The translations under genes and the position numbers were made by a program. Shown here in pieces: positions 1 through 9,404 of a DNA stretch of 32,882 nt; position 1 is the first letter of the stretch; the number at the start of each line of letters is the position of its first letter. The notes under the pieces are model-generated. The model was not told the origin of the DNA, searched no databases, and saw nothing but the letters and a program-made list of their open reading frames with translations. The stretch comes from an uncultured Clostridia bacterium (GTDB taxonomy: Bacteria; Bacillota; Clostridia; Oscillospirales; CAG-272), in the NCBI GenBank assembly GCA_946618395.1, contig CAMOLD010000003.1, positions 1 to 32,882 on the forward strand. The letters run 5' to 3'.

Positions 1-1412
1 GGATATTTGGGATAGAACATCCGCTCAATCAGCGGTCCGCCGCCGTTTTGCGGCTGATAATCCACCAGTTTGGAGACTGCGCCCGCGCCAACGGCGATGA
101 TGGAATGCACTTCTTCCATCATATAGATATTATATGCCGCTTCTTTGCCTTCCAGCGCAAAGCCAACATTTTCATAATTGCCAACGGTGTTTTTTTGCCG
201 ATACATATAGTAGGGCTTATACCCTTCCTGCGAGGTTTTGAGCTGCGAATAGTCCACGCATTTGCCGGCGTCTCCCCCGCGCAAAGAATAGATATGGCTA
301 TCCTGCCGCAAAATATCCGCCGCTTTTTTGACGCAAAAGGTATGAACGGTAATATTTTCCGGCCGCAAGGTTAAAATTTGGTCAAAGGTTTTGGAAAATG
401 TTTTGAAACTGTCGCCGGGCAAACCGACGATCAGATCGGTATTCACGGTTGGAATGCCGGAATTCCGCGCCAAATCGTAAGCGCGGAAGAAATCCGCCGC
501 CGTATGGCATCTGCCAATGCCGGCAAGCACTTCGTCGCAAAGCGTTTGCGGATTGACGCAGGTTCTTGTAACGCCGTATTCCTTTGCAACGGCAAGTTTT
601 TCGGCGGTAATGGTGTCCGCTCTGCCGGCTTCCAGCGTAAATTCTTCCAAACCGGAAATGTCGGTTTCCTCATTGATCAGAAAGAGCAGTTCGCGCAACT
701 GATCGGCCGAAAGAATGGTTGGCGTTCCGCCGCCGATGTAGATGGTTTTCAGGCGCAAGCCAAGTTTGCGGATGGTTTGAAAGTTTGCGCGCAGGTCGGT
801 TTTCAGTTTTTGCAGATATTCCGGGATCAAAGCCAGCAATTTTTTGGAAGTATAGGAAACAAAGGAGCAATAGGAGCACCGCGTGGGGCAAAACGGAATG
901 GAAATATACATACTGCAATCGCGCGGGTCCGGCGTTCCAATCAGCTTTTGCTCGGCAAGCGCCACGTCGGTTGCAAGCGCCGCTTTTTTGGGAATGACAA
1001 AATATTCATTCGTCAAAATGCGCTTGGTGCGCGTTTTGCTGACGCCGCGGCGCAAAAGATCGGTTGCAACTTTGGAGGGTCGAACACCGGTAAGCATTCC
1101 CCAAGAAGGGCGATAACCCAGCAGTTCCCCCCAGGCGGAAACAACCGCCGCACCGCAAACCATTTTTGCCGTTTTTTCCTCGGTATAATACGGCGAAAAA
1201 TCCAATGCGCGGCTGCAAACCGCCTTTTCGCCGTTGCATTTGACGGTGGCTTTGGCGCTGTATCCGTTGGCGCGTTTTGTCAGTTTCAGGCGCAGTTCCG
1301 GCGCGCCCTGCTCATTTTGCGCCGCAACGCCGAATTTTTCCCCGGGGAAAAAGATCATGCACAACGTTTGAACATAATATACGTTGATATCCCCGTCTAA
1401 AATCAATTTCAT
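1..1412 (-). CDS. hemZ: Coproporphyrinogen dehydrogenase HemZ-type radical SAM protein, 3' end truncated by the window edge
   Basis: Not in the ORF track because there is no stop in the window. Translated by hand from ATG at 1412 (RBS GAAGGA): MKLILDGDINVYYVQTLCMIFFPGE... It contains WGMLTGVRPSK, the radical SAM motif IPFCPTRCSYCSF, YIGGGTPT, EFTLEAGRADT, and PYYMYRQKNTVGNYENVG. It sits downstream of rel-dtd, as is usual in clostridia. Confidence 0.9.
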   Translation of the reverse strand, partial: MKLILDGDINVYYVQTLCMIFFPGEKFGVAAQNEQGAPELRLKLTKRANGYSAKATVKCNGEKAVCSRALDFSPYYTEEKTAKMVCGAAVVSAWGELLGYRPSWGMLTGVRPSKVATDLLRRGVSKTRTKRILTNEYFVIPKKAALATDVALAEQKLIGTPDPRDCSMYISIPFCPTRCSYCSFVSYTSKKLLALIPEYLQKLKTDLRANFQTIRKLGLRLKTIYIGGGTPTILSADQLRELLFLINEETDISGLEEFTLEAGRADTITAEKLAVAKEYGVTRTCVNPQTLCDEVLAGIGRCHTAADFFRAYDLARNSGIPTVNTDLIVGLPGDSFKTFSKTFDQILTLRPENITVHTFCVKKAADILRQDSHIYSLRGGDAGKCVDYSQLKTSQEGYKPYYMYRQKNTVGNYENVGFALEGKEAAYNIYMMEEVHSIIAVGAGAVSKLVDYQPQNGGGPLIERMFYPKY

Positions 1413-1452
1413 GCTTCAAATCCTTCTGCAAAGCCAAAAAGGCGATGCCGTT

Positions 1453-1908
1453 TTATTTCTTTTTGAGGGCTTCGGTATCCAAAAGAATGGTGACCGGTCC
1501 GTCATTGACCAGCGTGACCTGCATATCTGCGCCGAAAACGCCGCATTCCGTTTTTTCAACGCTTTGGCGGATTCTTTCTTTGAAGAGCTCGTAAAGCCTG
1601 TTTGCCAGTTGCGGCGGCGCCGATTCCAAAAAGTCCGGCCGGTTGCCGTGACGGCAGTTTGCCAAAAGGGTGAATTGGGAAACGACCAGAACCTCTCCGC
1701 CAACATCCAAAACCGAACGGTTCATTTTTCCGTTTTCATCCGAAAAAATACGAAGTTTCAATATTTTTTCGGCAAGAATGCCAACCTTGTTCTCCGAATC
1801 CCCGTTTGCAACGCCGAGCAAAATCAAAAGTCCTTGCCCGATGGAGCCAACCGTTTGCCCTTCAATTTTGACGTTTGCGCTTTGAACGCGCTGAATAACT
1901 GCTTTCAT
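1453..1908 (-). CDS. dtd: D-aminoacyl-tRNA deacylase
   Basis: MKAVIQRV N-terminus, LRIF, SQFTL, GNRPDF and NDGPVT motifs; RBS GGAGG; directly downstream of rel. Confidence 0.97.
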   Translation of the reverse strand: MKAVIQRVQSANVKIEGQTVGSIGQGLLILLGVANGDSENKVGILAEKILKLRIFSDENGKMNRSVLDVGGEVLVVSQFTLLANCRHGNRPDFLESAPPQLANRLYELFKERIRQSVEKTECGVFGADMQVTLVNDGPVTILLDTEALKKK

Positions 1909-1923
1909 GGATTTTCCTCCGCG

Positions 1924-4149
1924 TCAGGCAAATCCGCGCGAAATGCGGCGGACGCCCGCCAAAGATTGCAGGCGCGAAACGATGGATTGATAATGATCGG
2001 TGTTCTTACAGCCGATTTTCAGGTTGAGAATGGAGCCGTCCTCGTTTTTGCTGACGGCGTTGATTTGCAGGATGGAAACCCGCATTTCCGCCAAAACCGC
2101 GGTAATTTCCGCTAAAATGCCAATGCGGTCGTCCACCCAGATTTGCAAAAGCGCTTCGTAAAATCCGGTATAGTTTCCGTCATCGGCGCTCTCCCAGTAT
2201 GCCTCTTTCCAGCGGTCGGCGTTTTCCGAATTTTTTCTGCCCTCAATCACGTTCGGGCAATCGATTTTATGAATGGAAATGCCGAATCCTTTGGTCACAA
2301 AACCGATGATGGGGTCACCGGGTAAGGGATTGCAACATTTTGCAAACTTGATCATGCAGCCGTGTTCCCCGTCCACAACAACGCCACCGTTCGAGCGCAT
2401 ATTGTGCGGTTTGTGCAGTTGCACTTTCTCAGGCGTGAGTTCGACTTTGGGCTCGTCATCTTCAATATGGACAACCCGTTTGCAATCCTCCGGCAGGCGG
2501 TTGATAAACTTGGAAATTGCCAGGCCGCCATAGCCGATGGCATTGTAAAAATCCTCGTTGCTGTTGTATCCGAACCGCTCGGAGATGCCTTTGACGATCT
2601 CTTCCCTTTGCGCTTCGGTCACCGGTCCCCGGCAGATTTTGCGAATCTCGGTTTCCACCATATTTTTGCCGAGGATGACGTTGTCGGTCTTTTGTTCCTT
2701 TTTGAACCAGGCGCGAATTTTGGAGCGCGCACTGCTTGTTTTGACGATATTCAGCCAATCGCGGCTAGGGCCTTTGGCGGATGCGGAAGTCAGAATTTCC
2801 ACAATCTCGCCGTTTTGAAGTGTGCGGTCGATCGGAACGATCATCCCGTTGATTTTACCGCCAATCATCTTGTTGCCGATTGCCGAGTGGACGGCATAGG
2901 CAAAGTCGATCACGTTCGCCCCGTTGGGCAACGAGATCACGTCCCCTTTGGGGGTAAAGACGAACACTTCGTCGTGGAAAATGTCGGTTTTGAAGGCGCT
3001 CAAAAATTCGTCGGGATCGCGCGTGCTGTCCTCAGCTTCCAAAAGCCCTGCAATCCATTCCAGTTTGCGGTCAATTTCCTCTTTGGAAGTGACGCCCGAT
3101 TTATATTTCCAGTGCGCGGCAATGCCGTATTCGGCAATTTGGTGCATTTCCCAGGTCCGGATTTGCACCTCAAACGGAATGCCGTCCCGACCGATGACCG
3201 TTGTATGCAAAGAGCGGTAAAGGTTGGGCTTTGGCGTAGAGATATAATCCTTGAATCTTCCCGGAACCGAATTGAACATTTCGTGGATCAATCCCAGCGC
3301 GGTATAGCATTCCAGCTCGGTATCCACAATAATCCGCATGGCGTAAAAGTCGTAAATCTCGTCAAACGACTTGTTTTGCGTAAACATTTTTTTGTAGATG
3401 GAATAAACCGATTTGATACGCCCTTCCAGAGAAAAATGGATTTTGTTTTCCTTGAGTTTTTGAGAAACCTGCGCGCGGATTTTTTCGATAAAGTTCAGGT
3501 TTTCTCCGTATTTTTCTTCGATATACTTTTGAATTTCCTGGTATCCGATGGGGTCAAGATATTGCAGGCTCAAGCTCTCCAGCTCCTGCTTGATGCGCTG
3601 CATACCAAGGCGGTGTGCCAAAGGGGCATAGACGTGCATGGTCTCCAAAGCGGTCAAACGGCGCTTTTCGTCCGGCTTTGCGTCCAGCGTTCGCATATTG
3701 TGGAGCCTGTCGCAAAGCTTGATGAAAATGACCCGGATATCCCGCGACATGGCAAGCAACATTTTACGCAGGTTCTCGATTTCGGCTTCCTCTTTATCCT
3801 CCACCTGCATCAAAACAATTTTGGTCAAACCGTCAACCAGCCCGGCAACCTCTTTGCCAAAACGCGTCTCAATTTCTTTGAGGTTGGTTTTATCGGCGCA
3901 ATCCTCAACGGTATCATGCAAAAGCGCGGCGCAAATAGAATCGGTATCCAGTTCCAGCCCCGCAACAATCTCGGCAACGGCAACCGGATGGGAAATATAG
4001 GGGGTTCCGTCCGCCCGCATTTGCCCCTCGTGCAGTTCTTTGGCATAGTCAAACGCTTTTTGTATTTTTTCGGTATCATAATTTTTCCCGGTTGCGGCAA
4101 GGATGTTTAACAACCTTGTAATATCCGTTCTGACAGCGGAATTGCTCAT
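1924..4149 (-). CDS. relA: Bifunctional (p)ppGpp synthetase/hydrolase (long RSH, Rel)
   Basis: HD hydrolase motifs (PYISHP, LHDTVED, DRLHNMRTL), synthetase motifs (GRIKSVYSIYKK, KDYISTPKPN, EVQIRT), TGS domain (VFTPKG, DFAYAVH), Zn finger (AKCCNPLPGD) and ACT-like C-terminus; RBS AGGAGG. Confidence 0.97.
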   Translation of the reverse strand: MSNSAVRTDITRLLNILAATGKNYDTEKIQKAFDYAKELHEGQMRADGTPYISHPVAVAEIVAGLELDTDSICAALLHDTVEDCADKTNLKEIETRFGKEVAGLVDGLTKIVLMQVEDKEEAEIENLRKMLLAMSRDIRVIFIKLCDRLHNMRTLDAKPDEKRRLTALETMHVYAPLAHRLGMQRIKQELESLSLQYLDPIGYQEIQKYIEEKYGENLNFIEKIRAQVSQKLKENKIHFSLEGRIKSVYSIYKKMFTQNKSFDEIYDFYAMRIIVDTELECYTALGLIHEMFNSVPGRFKDYISTPKPNLYRSLHTTVIGRDGIPFEVQIRTWEMHQIAEYGIAAHWKYKSGVTSKEEIDRKLEWIAGLLEAEDSTRDPDEFLSAFKTDIFHDEVFVFTPKGDVISLPNGANVIDFAYAVHSAIGNKMIGGKINGMIVPIDRTLQNGEIVEILTSASAKGPSRDWLNIVKTSSARSKIRAWFKKEQKTDNVILGKNMVETEIRKICRGPVTEAQREEIVKGISERFGYNSNEDFYNAIGYGGLAISKFINRLPEDCKRVVHIEDDEPKVELTPEKVQLHKPHNMRSNGGVVVDGEHGCMIKFAKCCNPLPGDPIIGFVTKGFGISIHKIDCPNVIEGRKNSENADRWKEAYWESADDGNYTGFYEALLQIWVDDRIGILAEITAVLAEMRVSILQINAVSKNEDGSILNLKIGCKNTDHYQSIVSRLQSLAGVRRISRGFA

Positions 4150-4191
4150 GGGACGATCCCCTCCTTTCCTGCTTGAATGTTCATTTAAAAA

Positions 4192-6339
4192 TCATTGCTG
4201 CGATTGGCGCAATTTTTGGAGCAGCTGCGATTGTTCCAAATCGGTTTTTTCGGGATTCGGATTCCATTCCATGACAAAATAATCCCTTCCCGGCTCGCTG
4301 AAAGCGCAAAGGTTCAATTCCTGCAAAATTTGCAGGCAAAAGCGTATTTTTGCATAGGTAAATCCGCTTTCAATTTGGTTCAACGCGCGTTGCAAGCGGC
4401 GCACGGGAAAGCAGGATTTTCCGTTCTCATGTTCTTTTCGTAAATACTGGTAAACTGCCGCAAGGTCTTTTCGATCCGGCAAAATCTGCTCAGACGCGGA
4501 AAAAGATTCCCCTGCCGCAACCGCCTCGTATCTTGCGCGCTCGGAAAGAAACACCAGCTCTTCCTCTTCGGCATAGGCGGCGTCCTGCAACAGCATTTGC
4601 ACGCGCACCGTTCCGTTGAACTCGTTGGCGTCCAAGCGGAACAAAAAATCGGCATATTCGCCCTCTTCAAAGGGCAAATCGGTAATTCCTTTGCCAAACC
4701 AAACGGCAACCATGGAAAGCCCGTCTTTTTCCAACTGCAAACGGATGTGCTTTCCGCCGCTCATCGGCGTAATTCTGGTAACCTTTGCCTTTTGCAAAAG
4801 GAAATTCGGGGTCGGGTTTCCGTTTCCGTAGGGTTCCAAAAGGCGAATCTCCTCGACCAGGCGCAATGTCATTTCGCCGATTTCCAAAGTGCAATCAGCA
4901 TCCTTTTGCAAACAGAAGTCGCCTTCCGTATGCGTTTCGGCATAGTCGTTTAACCGGCGGCGCAACGCCGGAACATCCTTTTTGCGCACCGAAAGCCCGG
5001 CGGCAAGCTCATGCCCCCCGTAACGAAGCAATAAATCCTTGCATTCGGCAAGCGCGTTGACAAGGTTCAAACCCTTGATACTGCGACCGGAGCCTTTTCC
5101 GGAACCGTCTTCCGATCCGTCATACGAGATCAGAATACAGGGCAAGCCATACCGCTCGGTAATGCGAGAGGCAACGATGCCGATAATGCCTGTATGCCAG
5201 TTGTCATTGTCGAGAACGATGACCCTGCTGCGTTCCTCTTTGGGCATTTCCTCAATCATGCGGAACGCCTCTTCGGCGATCTGCGTTTCTTCGGTTTGCC
5301 TTGCAAGGTTCAAATCGCAAAGCTGGTTTGCATAATGGGTTGCGCCGGAAAGCGTTTTGGCAAGCAAAAGCTCGACCGCAATTCCCGCCTCGGCAACCCG
5401 ACCGGCGGCATTGATGCGCGGCGCGATGACAAACCCGATATAAGCAGATGTAATTTTGCGCTGTTTGGTTCTTCCCGGACCGGCGGCAGCCTCCATCAGC
5501 GCCTGCAAGCCGGGTCGGCAATTTGACTCCATATCGGCAATTCCCTTGGCAACCAACAGCCTGTTTTCGTCAATCACCGGCATAACGTCCGCAATGGTGC
5601 CAACGGCAACCAGATCGGCATAGGCGTTGCTGATTTTCATAACGGCTTCCAGTGGTTCTTTACCCTCTTTTTCAAACTGCTTGATCTCCATGGCGCAGGC
5701 AAGTTTGAAGGCAACGCCAACGCCGGCAAGCTCGCAAAACGGATAGGTATCGTCCGCCCGGTGCGGATTGACCACTGCGCAACACTCCGGAATTTCGGGG
5801 CGGCAGGCATGGTGATCGGTGACAATCGTTTCAATGCCTTTGCGCTTTGCGTAGGCAATTTCCTCAATGGAAGTAATGCCGGTATCCACCGTTACAATCA
5901 GCGAGACGCCTTTGCTTTTCAGCAAATCGATGGCATAGGCGGAAAGTCCGTAGCCCTCTTTGCTCCGGCTGGGGATATAGTATCCGACATCGGCGCCTTT
6001 TTCCGAAAGATATAAATATAAAAGGCTTGTGGCGGTGGCGCCGTCCACGTCGTAATCGCCGAAAACGGCGATTCTTTCTTTTTGGTCCAGCGCGCGTTGC
6101 AGGCGCGCAACCGCGCGGTCCATATCTTTCATCAAAAACGGATCGTGCGGCATCAAATCCGAAAAATGCAGAAAACGCTGGGCGGTTTCCGGCGTGGAAT
6201 AGCCGCGCAGACAGAGCAATTTTGCGGTTGTAGAGGTAATTTTTAACGAGGAAGACAGATGGGAGACGGCTAAATTCAATTCCGCATTGGCAGAATCGAA
6301 CAAAACGCGCCATTTTGATTGTTGTGCAGACGGTTCCAT
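4192..6339 (-). CDS. recJ: Single-stranded-DNA-specific exonuclease RecJ
   Basis: GDYDVDG, TVDTG, TDHH, GTIADV, PRINAAGR, GSGRS, GGHELAAG and EPYGNGNP motifs; Firmicutes-type C-terminal extension. Confidence 0.96.
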   Translation of the reverse strand: MEPSAQQSKWRVLFDSANAELNLAVSHLSSSLKITSTTAKLLCLRGYSTPETAQRFLHFSDLMPHDPFLMKDMDRAVARLQRALDQKERIAVFGDYDVDGATATSLLYLYLSEKGADVGYYIPSRSKEGYGLSAYAIDLLKSKGVSLIVTVDTGITSIEEIAYAKRKGIETIVTDHHACRPEIPECCAVVNPHRADDTYPFCELAGVGVAFKLACAMEIKQFEKEGKEPLEAVMKISNAYADLVAVGTIADVMPVIDENRLLVAKGIADMESNCRPGLQALMEAAAGPGRTKQRKITSAYIGFVIAPRINAAGRVAEAGIAVELLLAKTLSGATHYANQLCDLNLARQTEETQIAEEAFRMIEEMPKEERSRVIVLDNDNWHTGIIGIVASRITERYGLPCILISYDGSEDGSGKGSGRSIKGLNLVNALAECKDLLLRYGGHELAAGLSVRKKDVPALRRRLNDYAETHTEGDFCLQKDADCTLEIGEMTLRLVEEIRLLEPYGNGNPTPNFLLQKAKVTRITPMSGGKHIRLQLEKDGLSMVAVWFGKGITDLPFEEGEYADFLFRLDANEFNGTVRVQMLLQDAAYAEEEELVFLSERARYEAVAAGESFSASEQILPDRKDLAAVYQYLRKEHENGKSCFPVRRLQRALNQIESGFTYAKIRFCLQILQELNLCAFSEPGRDYFVMEWNPNPEKTDLEQSQLLQKLRQSQQ

Positions 6340-6372
6340 AAAGCCGCTCCTTTCTTTGAATTTTTTGATTGT

Positions 6373-8010
6373 TTATTGTCCGGCAATTCCGCCAAACCGC
6401 CTCATCAATGCCTCCGCCGAGCGAAGCCCGTCCACGGCGGCGCTGGTAATTCCGCCGGCATATCCGGCACCTTCGCCGCACGGATAAATAGTATCATGCC
6501 CGAATGCGGTTCGATCTTCAAGCAGGCGCAAGATGCGCACCGGCGCCGAGGTTCGCGTTTCGGCGGCGGTCAAAATGGTGTCCGGCGCGTCGTAGCCTTC
6601 CAGCTTTTTGCCAAACGAGGAGAAGGCATAGCGCAAAGATTTCGTTACAAAATGCGGGAAAATACCGCAAAAATCGGCAATTTGAACCTTGCCGGAACGA
6701 TAGGAAGGCAACACGCGGGAAGGTTCCGTTCCCCGGAAGCCGTCCATCAAATCGCCCAGCGTCATCACGGGGGCAACATAGTTTCCTTTGCCGGCGGCAA
6801 ACGCGGCGCGCTCGATTTTGCGCTGGAAAACGATGGCACCAAGCGCAAGATTTCCGTTGACCGGCGCATAATCCGCGCAGGAAAGCGAAACGGCAACCGC
6901 GGCGTTGGCGTTTTTCCCGTTTCTTGCATGGTTGCTCATTCCGTTGACGACAAGACCGCCCTCCTCGGACGCGGCGGCAACGACCTCGCCGCCCGGACAC
7001 ATACAAAAAGTATAAACGCCGCGCGCGCCTTTGGTGTCCGAAAGCGCATATTCGGCATGACCGAGATTGGGGTGCCCGGCAAAATCGCCGTAAAGCGCAC
7101 GGTCGATATCGCTTTGCAAGTGCTCGGCGCGCACGCCGACCGAAATTGGCTTTGCCTCTATGGAAAACTGCTTTTGCAACAGCATTTCATAGGTGTCGCG
7201 CGCGCTGTGTCCGAGCGCCAGCACCATGGCGCCGCAACAAAACTCGCCTTTGTTTGTAAAAACGGTGATCGTTCCATCGGCTTGCTCGCAAAAATTGTCC
7301 ATTCGCGTGCGGTAAAGCACCGTTCCGCCCAACCGCTCAATCTCTTTCAACATTCCGGAAATGACCCGGCGCAAAACGTCGGTTCCGATATGCGGTTTTG
7401 CCAGGGTCAAAATTTCTTCCGGCGCACCAAAGCGGCAAAAGGTTTGCAACACATAGTTGCAATAGGGATCGTGGATCCGGGTAATCAATTTCCCGTCCGA
7501 AAAGGTCCCGGCGCCGCCGGCACCAAACTGAATATTGGAGTCGGGATCCAGAATGCCGTCCCGCAGAAATTTTTCAACCGAGCGCACCCGGTCCTCAATC
7601 GAATCGCCGCGGTCGATGATCACCGGGGCATATCCGCTTTGGGCAAGCAGGAGCGCACTGAACAGCCCGGCAGGTCCCATGCCGACAACCAGCGGCGGCG
7701 CCTGCAAGCGCTCCGTTCCGCGCACCGGGTTTGGCAATTCCTCCCGCAGCTCGCGCAGTTCCGCGCGTTTTCGGAGTGCCTCCGGTATCGGTGCCTCCGA
7801 TTCGACCGCAACCGAGGAAACAAAGCGGATATCCTCTTTGCGGCGCGCGTCAACAGAGCGTTTATAAAGCCGAAAATGAAGCGACCGGAGAGAAATTCCC
7901 CTGCGCTTCATTTTATCGGCTGCCGCTTTACAAATTTCCTCGCCGCTTGCCGAGACCGGCGTTTTGACGCCTTCCAGCAAATAGCGATAAATCGGCTTGT
8001 TATCCGGCAT
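6373..8010 (-). CDS. Uncharacterised FAD-dependent oxidoreductase (COG2509-like)
   Basis: Rossmann motif VVGMGPAG plus family motifs GAGGAGTFSDGKL, KPHIGTD, FCMCPGG, ETRTSAP and GEGAGYAGGITSAAVDG. The start overlaps the upstream small ORF by 11 nt. Confidence 0.85.
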   Translation of the reverse strand: MPDNKPIYRYLLEGVKTPVSASGEEICKAAADKMKRRGISLRSLHFRLYKRSVDARRKEDIRFVSSVAVESEAPIPEALRKRAELRELREELPNPVRGTERLQAPPLVVGMGPAGLFSALLLAQSGYAPVIIDRGDSIEDRVRSVEKFLRDGILDPDSNIQFGAGGAGTFSDGKLITRIHDPYCNYVLQTFCRFGAPEEILTLAKPHIGTDVLRRVISGMLKEIERLGGTVLYRTRMDNFCEQADGTITVFTNKGEFCCGAMVLALGHSARDTYEMLLQKQFSIEAKPISVGVRAEHLQSDIDRALYGDFAGHPNLGHAEYALSDTKGARGVYTFCMCPGGEVVAAASEEGGLVVNGMSNHARNGKNANAAVAVSLSCADYAPVNGNLALGAIVFQRKIERAAFAAGKGNYVAPVMTLGDLMDGFRGTEPSRVLPSYRSGKVQIADFCGIFPHFVTKSLRYAFSSFGKKLEGYDAPDTILTAAETRTSAPVRILRLLEDRTAFGHDTIYPCGEGAGYAGGITSAAVDGLRSAEALMRRFGGIAGQ

Positions 8011-8218
8011 TGGATTCTACTTGTTCGGTGCTTGCCGAATTGGGATGGAAGAAAGAATATTTTTTATAATCCGAGTTTGTCAGATTGACCACCAACAGCC
8101 AAATGACAACCGCCAAAAGCAGGCAGATGAGAAAAGGCAGGAAGCGAAAACGGCGGACTTGATTTTCTGCGGCTTCTTTTTTCTTGTTGTAATGTCCCAG
8201 CGTGTTTTTTGCTTTCAT
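8000..8218 (-). CDS. 72-aa single-TM membrane protein, possible minimal or truncated CdaR (YbbR)
   Basis: Strong RBS (AAGGAGGGAG) and start 3 nt after the cdaA stop. Basic N-terminus followed by one hydrophobic helix FLPFLICLLLAVVIWLLVVN resembling the CdaR anchor. Confidence 0.65.
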   Translation of the reverse strand: MKAKNTLGHYNKKKEAAENQVRRFRFLPFLICLLLAVVIWLLVVNLTNSDYKKYSFFHPNSASTEQVESNAG

Positions 8219-8221
8219 TGC

Positions 8222-9241
8222 TTATCTCCCTCCTTTTTTGTTGGAATTGTTGTCGTTCAACAGTTCGGGAATTCCCGGCTTGGGCAGGGGCATTTCCAGC
8301 TGTTCCCCTTCGCTCTTTTGCGGTTCCGGATCGGTGTTTGAGCGGTTGATGAGTTGCTCCAAGCGCTCCTGGAAGAGCTTTTTGGATTCCTCGCGGCGGC
8401 GGCGCAAATAAAGCTCGCCGGCAAGATAGGTCATCAAAATATCCTCCAGCATTTCGCGGTCAACACCGCGCAAAAGTTTGCCCTCCTGCGCAACCGAAAC
8501 CTTTCCGGTTTGCTCGGAAACCACAACAACCAGCGAGTCACTGACCTCACTGATACCAACGGCGGCGCGGTGACGCGTTCCCAAATTGCCAAAGTTGATG
8601 TTGTTCTTTGCGGAAGGAAGCACAACGCTTGCCGCATAAATGCGGAAATCCCGAATGACCACGGCGCCGTCATGAAGCGGCGCTTTATCAAAGAAGATGC
8701 TGGTAAGCATATGCGAAGTGATTCTTGCGTCGACCAGTTTGCCGGACTCAATATATTCGCCAAGCTTGGTCAGACCTTCAAAAACGATGAGCGCACCGGT
8801 TTGATTTTCGGACATTTCAAAAACGGCGTTCAGAGTTTGCTGCGTAACCTCTTTTGCAAGCGGATACAGCTTTTTGGGCAATGTATCGCTCCGCGGCGCA
8901 AACAAGCGCGAGTTTGCAATCCGTTCCAAAGCGTCCCGGATTTCGGGCTGGAACAGCACAACAACGCAAAGGAAGAAGACCCCTGCCGCCAAACGGATCA
9001 AGAATGTCAGCGCCGGCATGTGGAAGGCGGATACAACCAGGCTCAAAATAACAACGATCACCAAGCCCAAAAGCACCCGGCCGGCACGTCTTGCCTTTGC
9101 AAAACGATACAGCGCATAGAGCAAAAAAGTAAGTATTAAAATATCGACAAGATCGTAGGGCCCGAAATAACGAAACGGATCTACGATTTTATCCATGACA
9201 AACGTGCGGATGATATTCCAAAGCCGTTCAAAGAATGACAT
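8222..9241 (-). CDS. cdaA: Diadenylate cyclase CdaA (DacA)
   Basis: Three N-terminal TM helices, FQPEIRDALE, GALIV, and catalytic PLHDGA and GTRHRAA, VVVSEQTG. Start moved to ATG 9241 (RBS GGAGGGG) rather than 9367. Confidence 0.93.
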   Translation of the reverse strand: MSFFERLWNIIRTFVMDKIVDPFRYFGPYDLVDILILTFLLYALYRFAKARRAGRVLLGLVIVVILSLVVSAFHMPALTFLIRLAAGVFFLCVVVLFQPEIRDALERIANSRLFAPRSDTLPKKLYPLAKEVTQQTLNAVFEMSENQTGALIVFEGLTKLGEYIESGKLVDARITSHMLTSIFFDKAPLHDGAVVIRDFRIYAASVVLPSAKNNINFGNLGTRHRAAVGISEVSDSLVVVVSEQTGKVSVAQEGKLLRGVDREMLEDILMTYLAGELYLRRRREESKKLFQERLEQLINRSNTDPEPQKSEGEQLEMPLPKPGIPELLNDNNSNKKGGR

Positions 9242-9293
9242 AATTCCCCTCCGTCCGAAAAATGCGATTGAGTCAAAATGGCTATACAAAGAT

Positions 9294-9322
9294 ATTATAT
9301 CATAGTTAATTCTATTTTCCAA
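9294..9322 (-). promoter_or_regulatory. sigmaA promoter of the cdaA...hemZ operon
   Basis: Minus strand reads TTGGAA-17 nt-TATAAT with an extended TG. Confidence 0.7.
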
Positions 9323-9354
9323 TAGCTTTTTTGAAAAAAAGCAAAAATTTGTTG

Positions 9355-9389
9355 AAAAAAAGGACAAGCCCTTGCCGGTTTGCCCTTTT
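9355..9389 (-). terminator. Intrinsic terminator after pncB
   Basis: Minus strand AAAAGGGCAAACCG-gcaa-GGGCTTGTCCTTTTTTT: imperfect stem plus U-tract. Confidence 0.65.
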
Positions 9390-9404
9390 GATTTCAGCTT
9401 TTGA

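Noticed and set aside
2362-8088. Very long plus-strand ORFs (2362-4110, 6319-8088) and similar ones elsewhere (378-1400, 23089-24654, 31376-32662)
   Set aside because: They are antisense shadows of well-supported genes, with no RBS or recognisable motifs; codon bias suppresses stops on the opposite strand.
9242-9367. Longer N-termini in the ORF track for cdaA, rnhB, thrC, gpr, the regulator and the DUF1540 gene
   Set aside because: The extensions run through promoters, UTRs or upstream genes; downstream ATGs have clear RBSs and family-typical starts.
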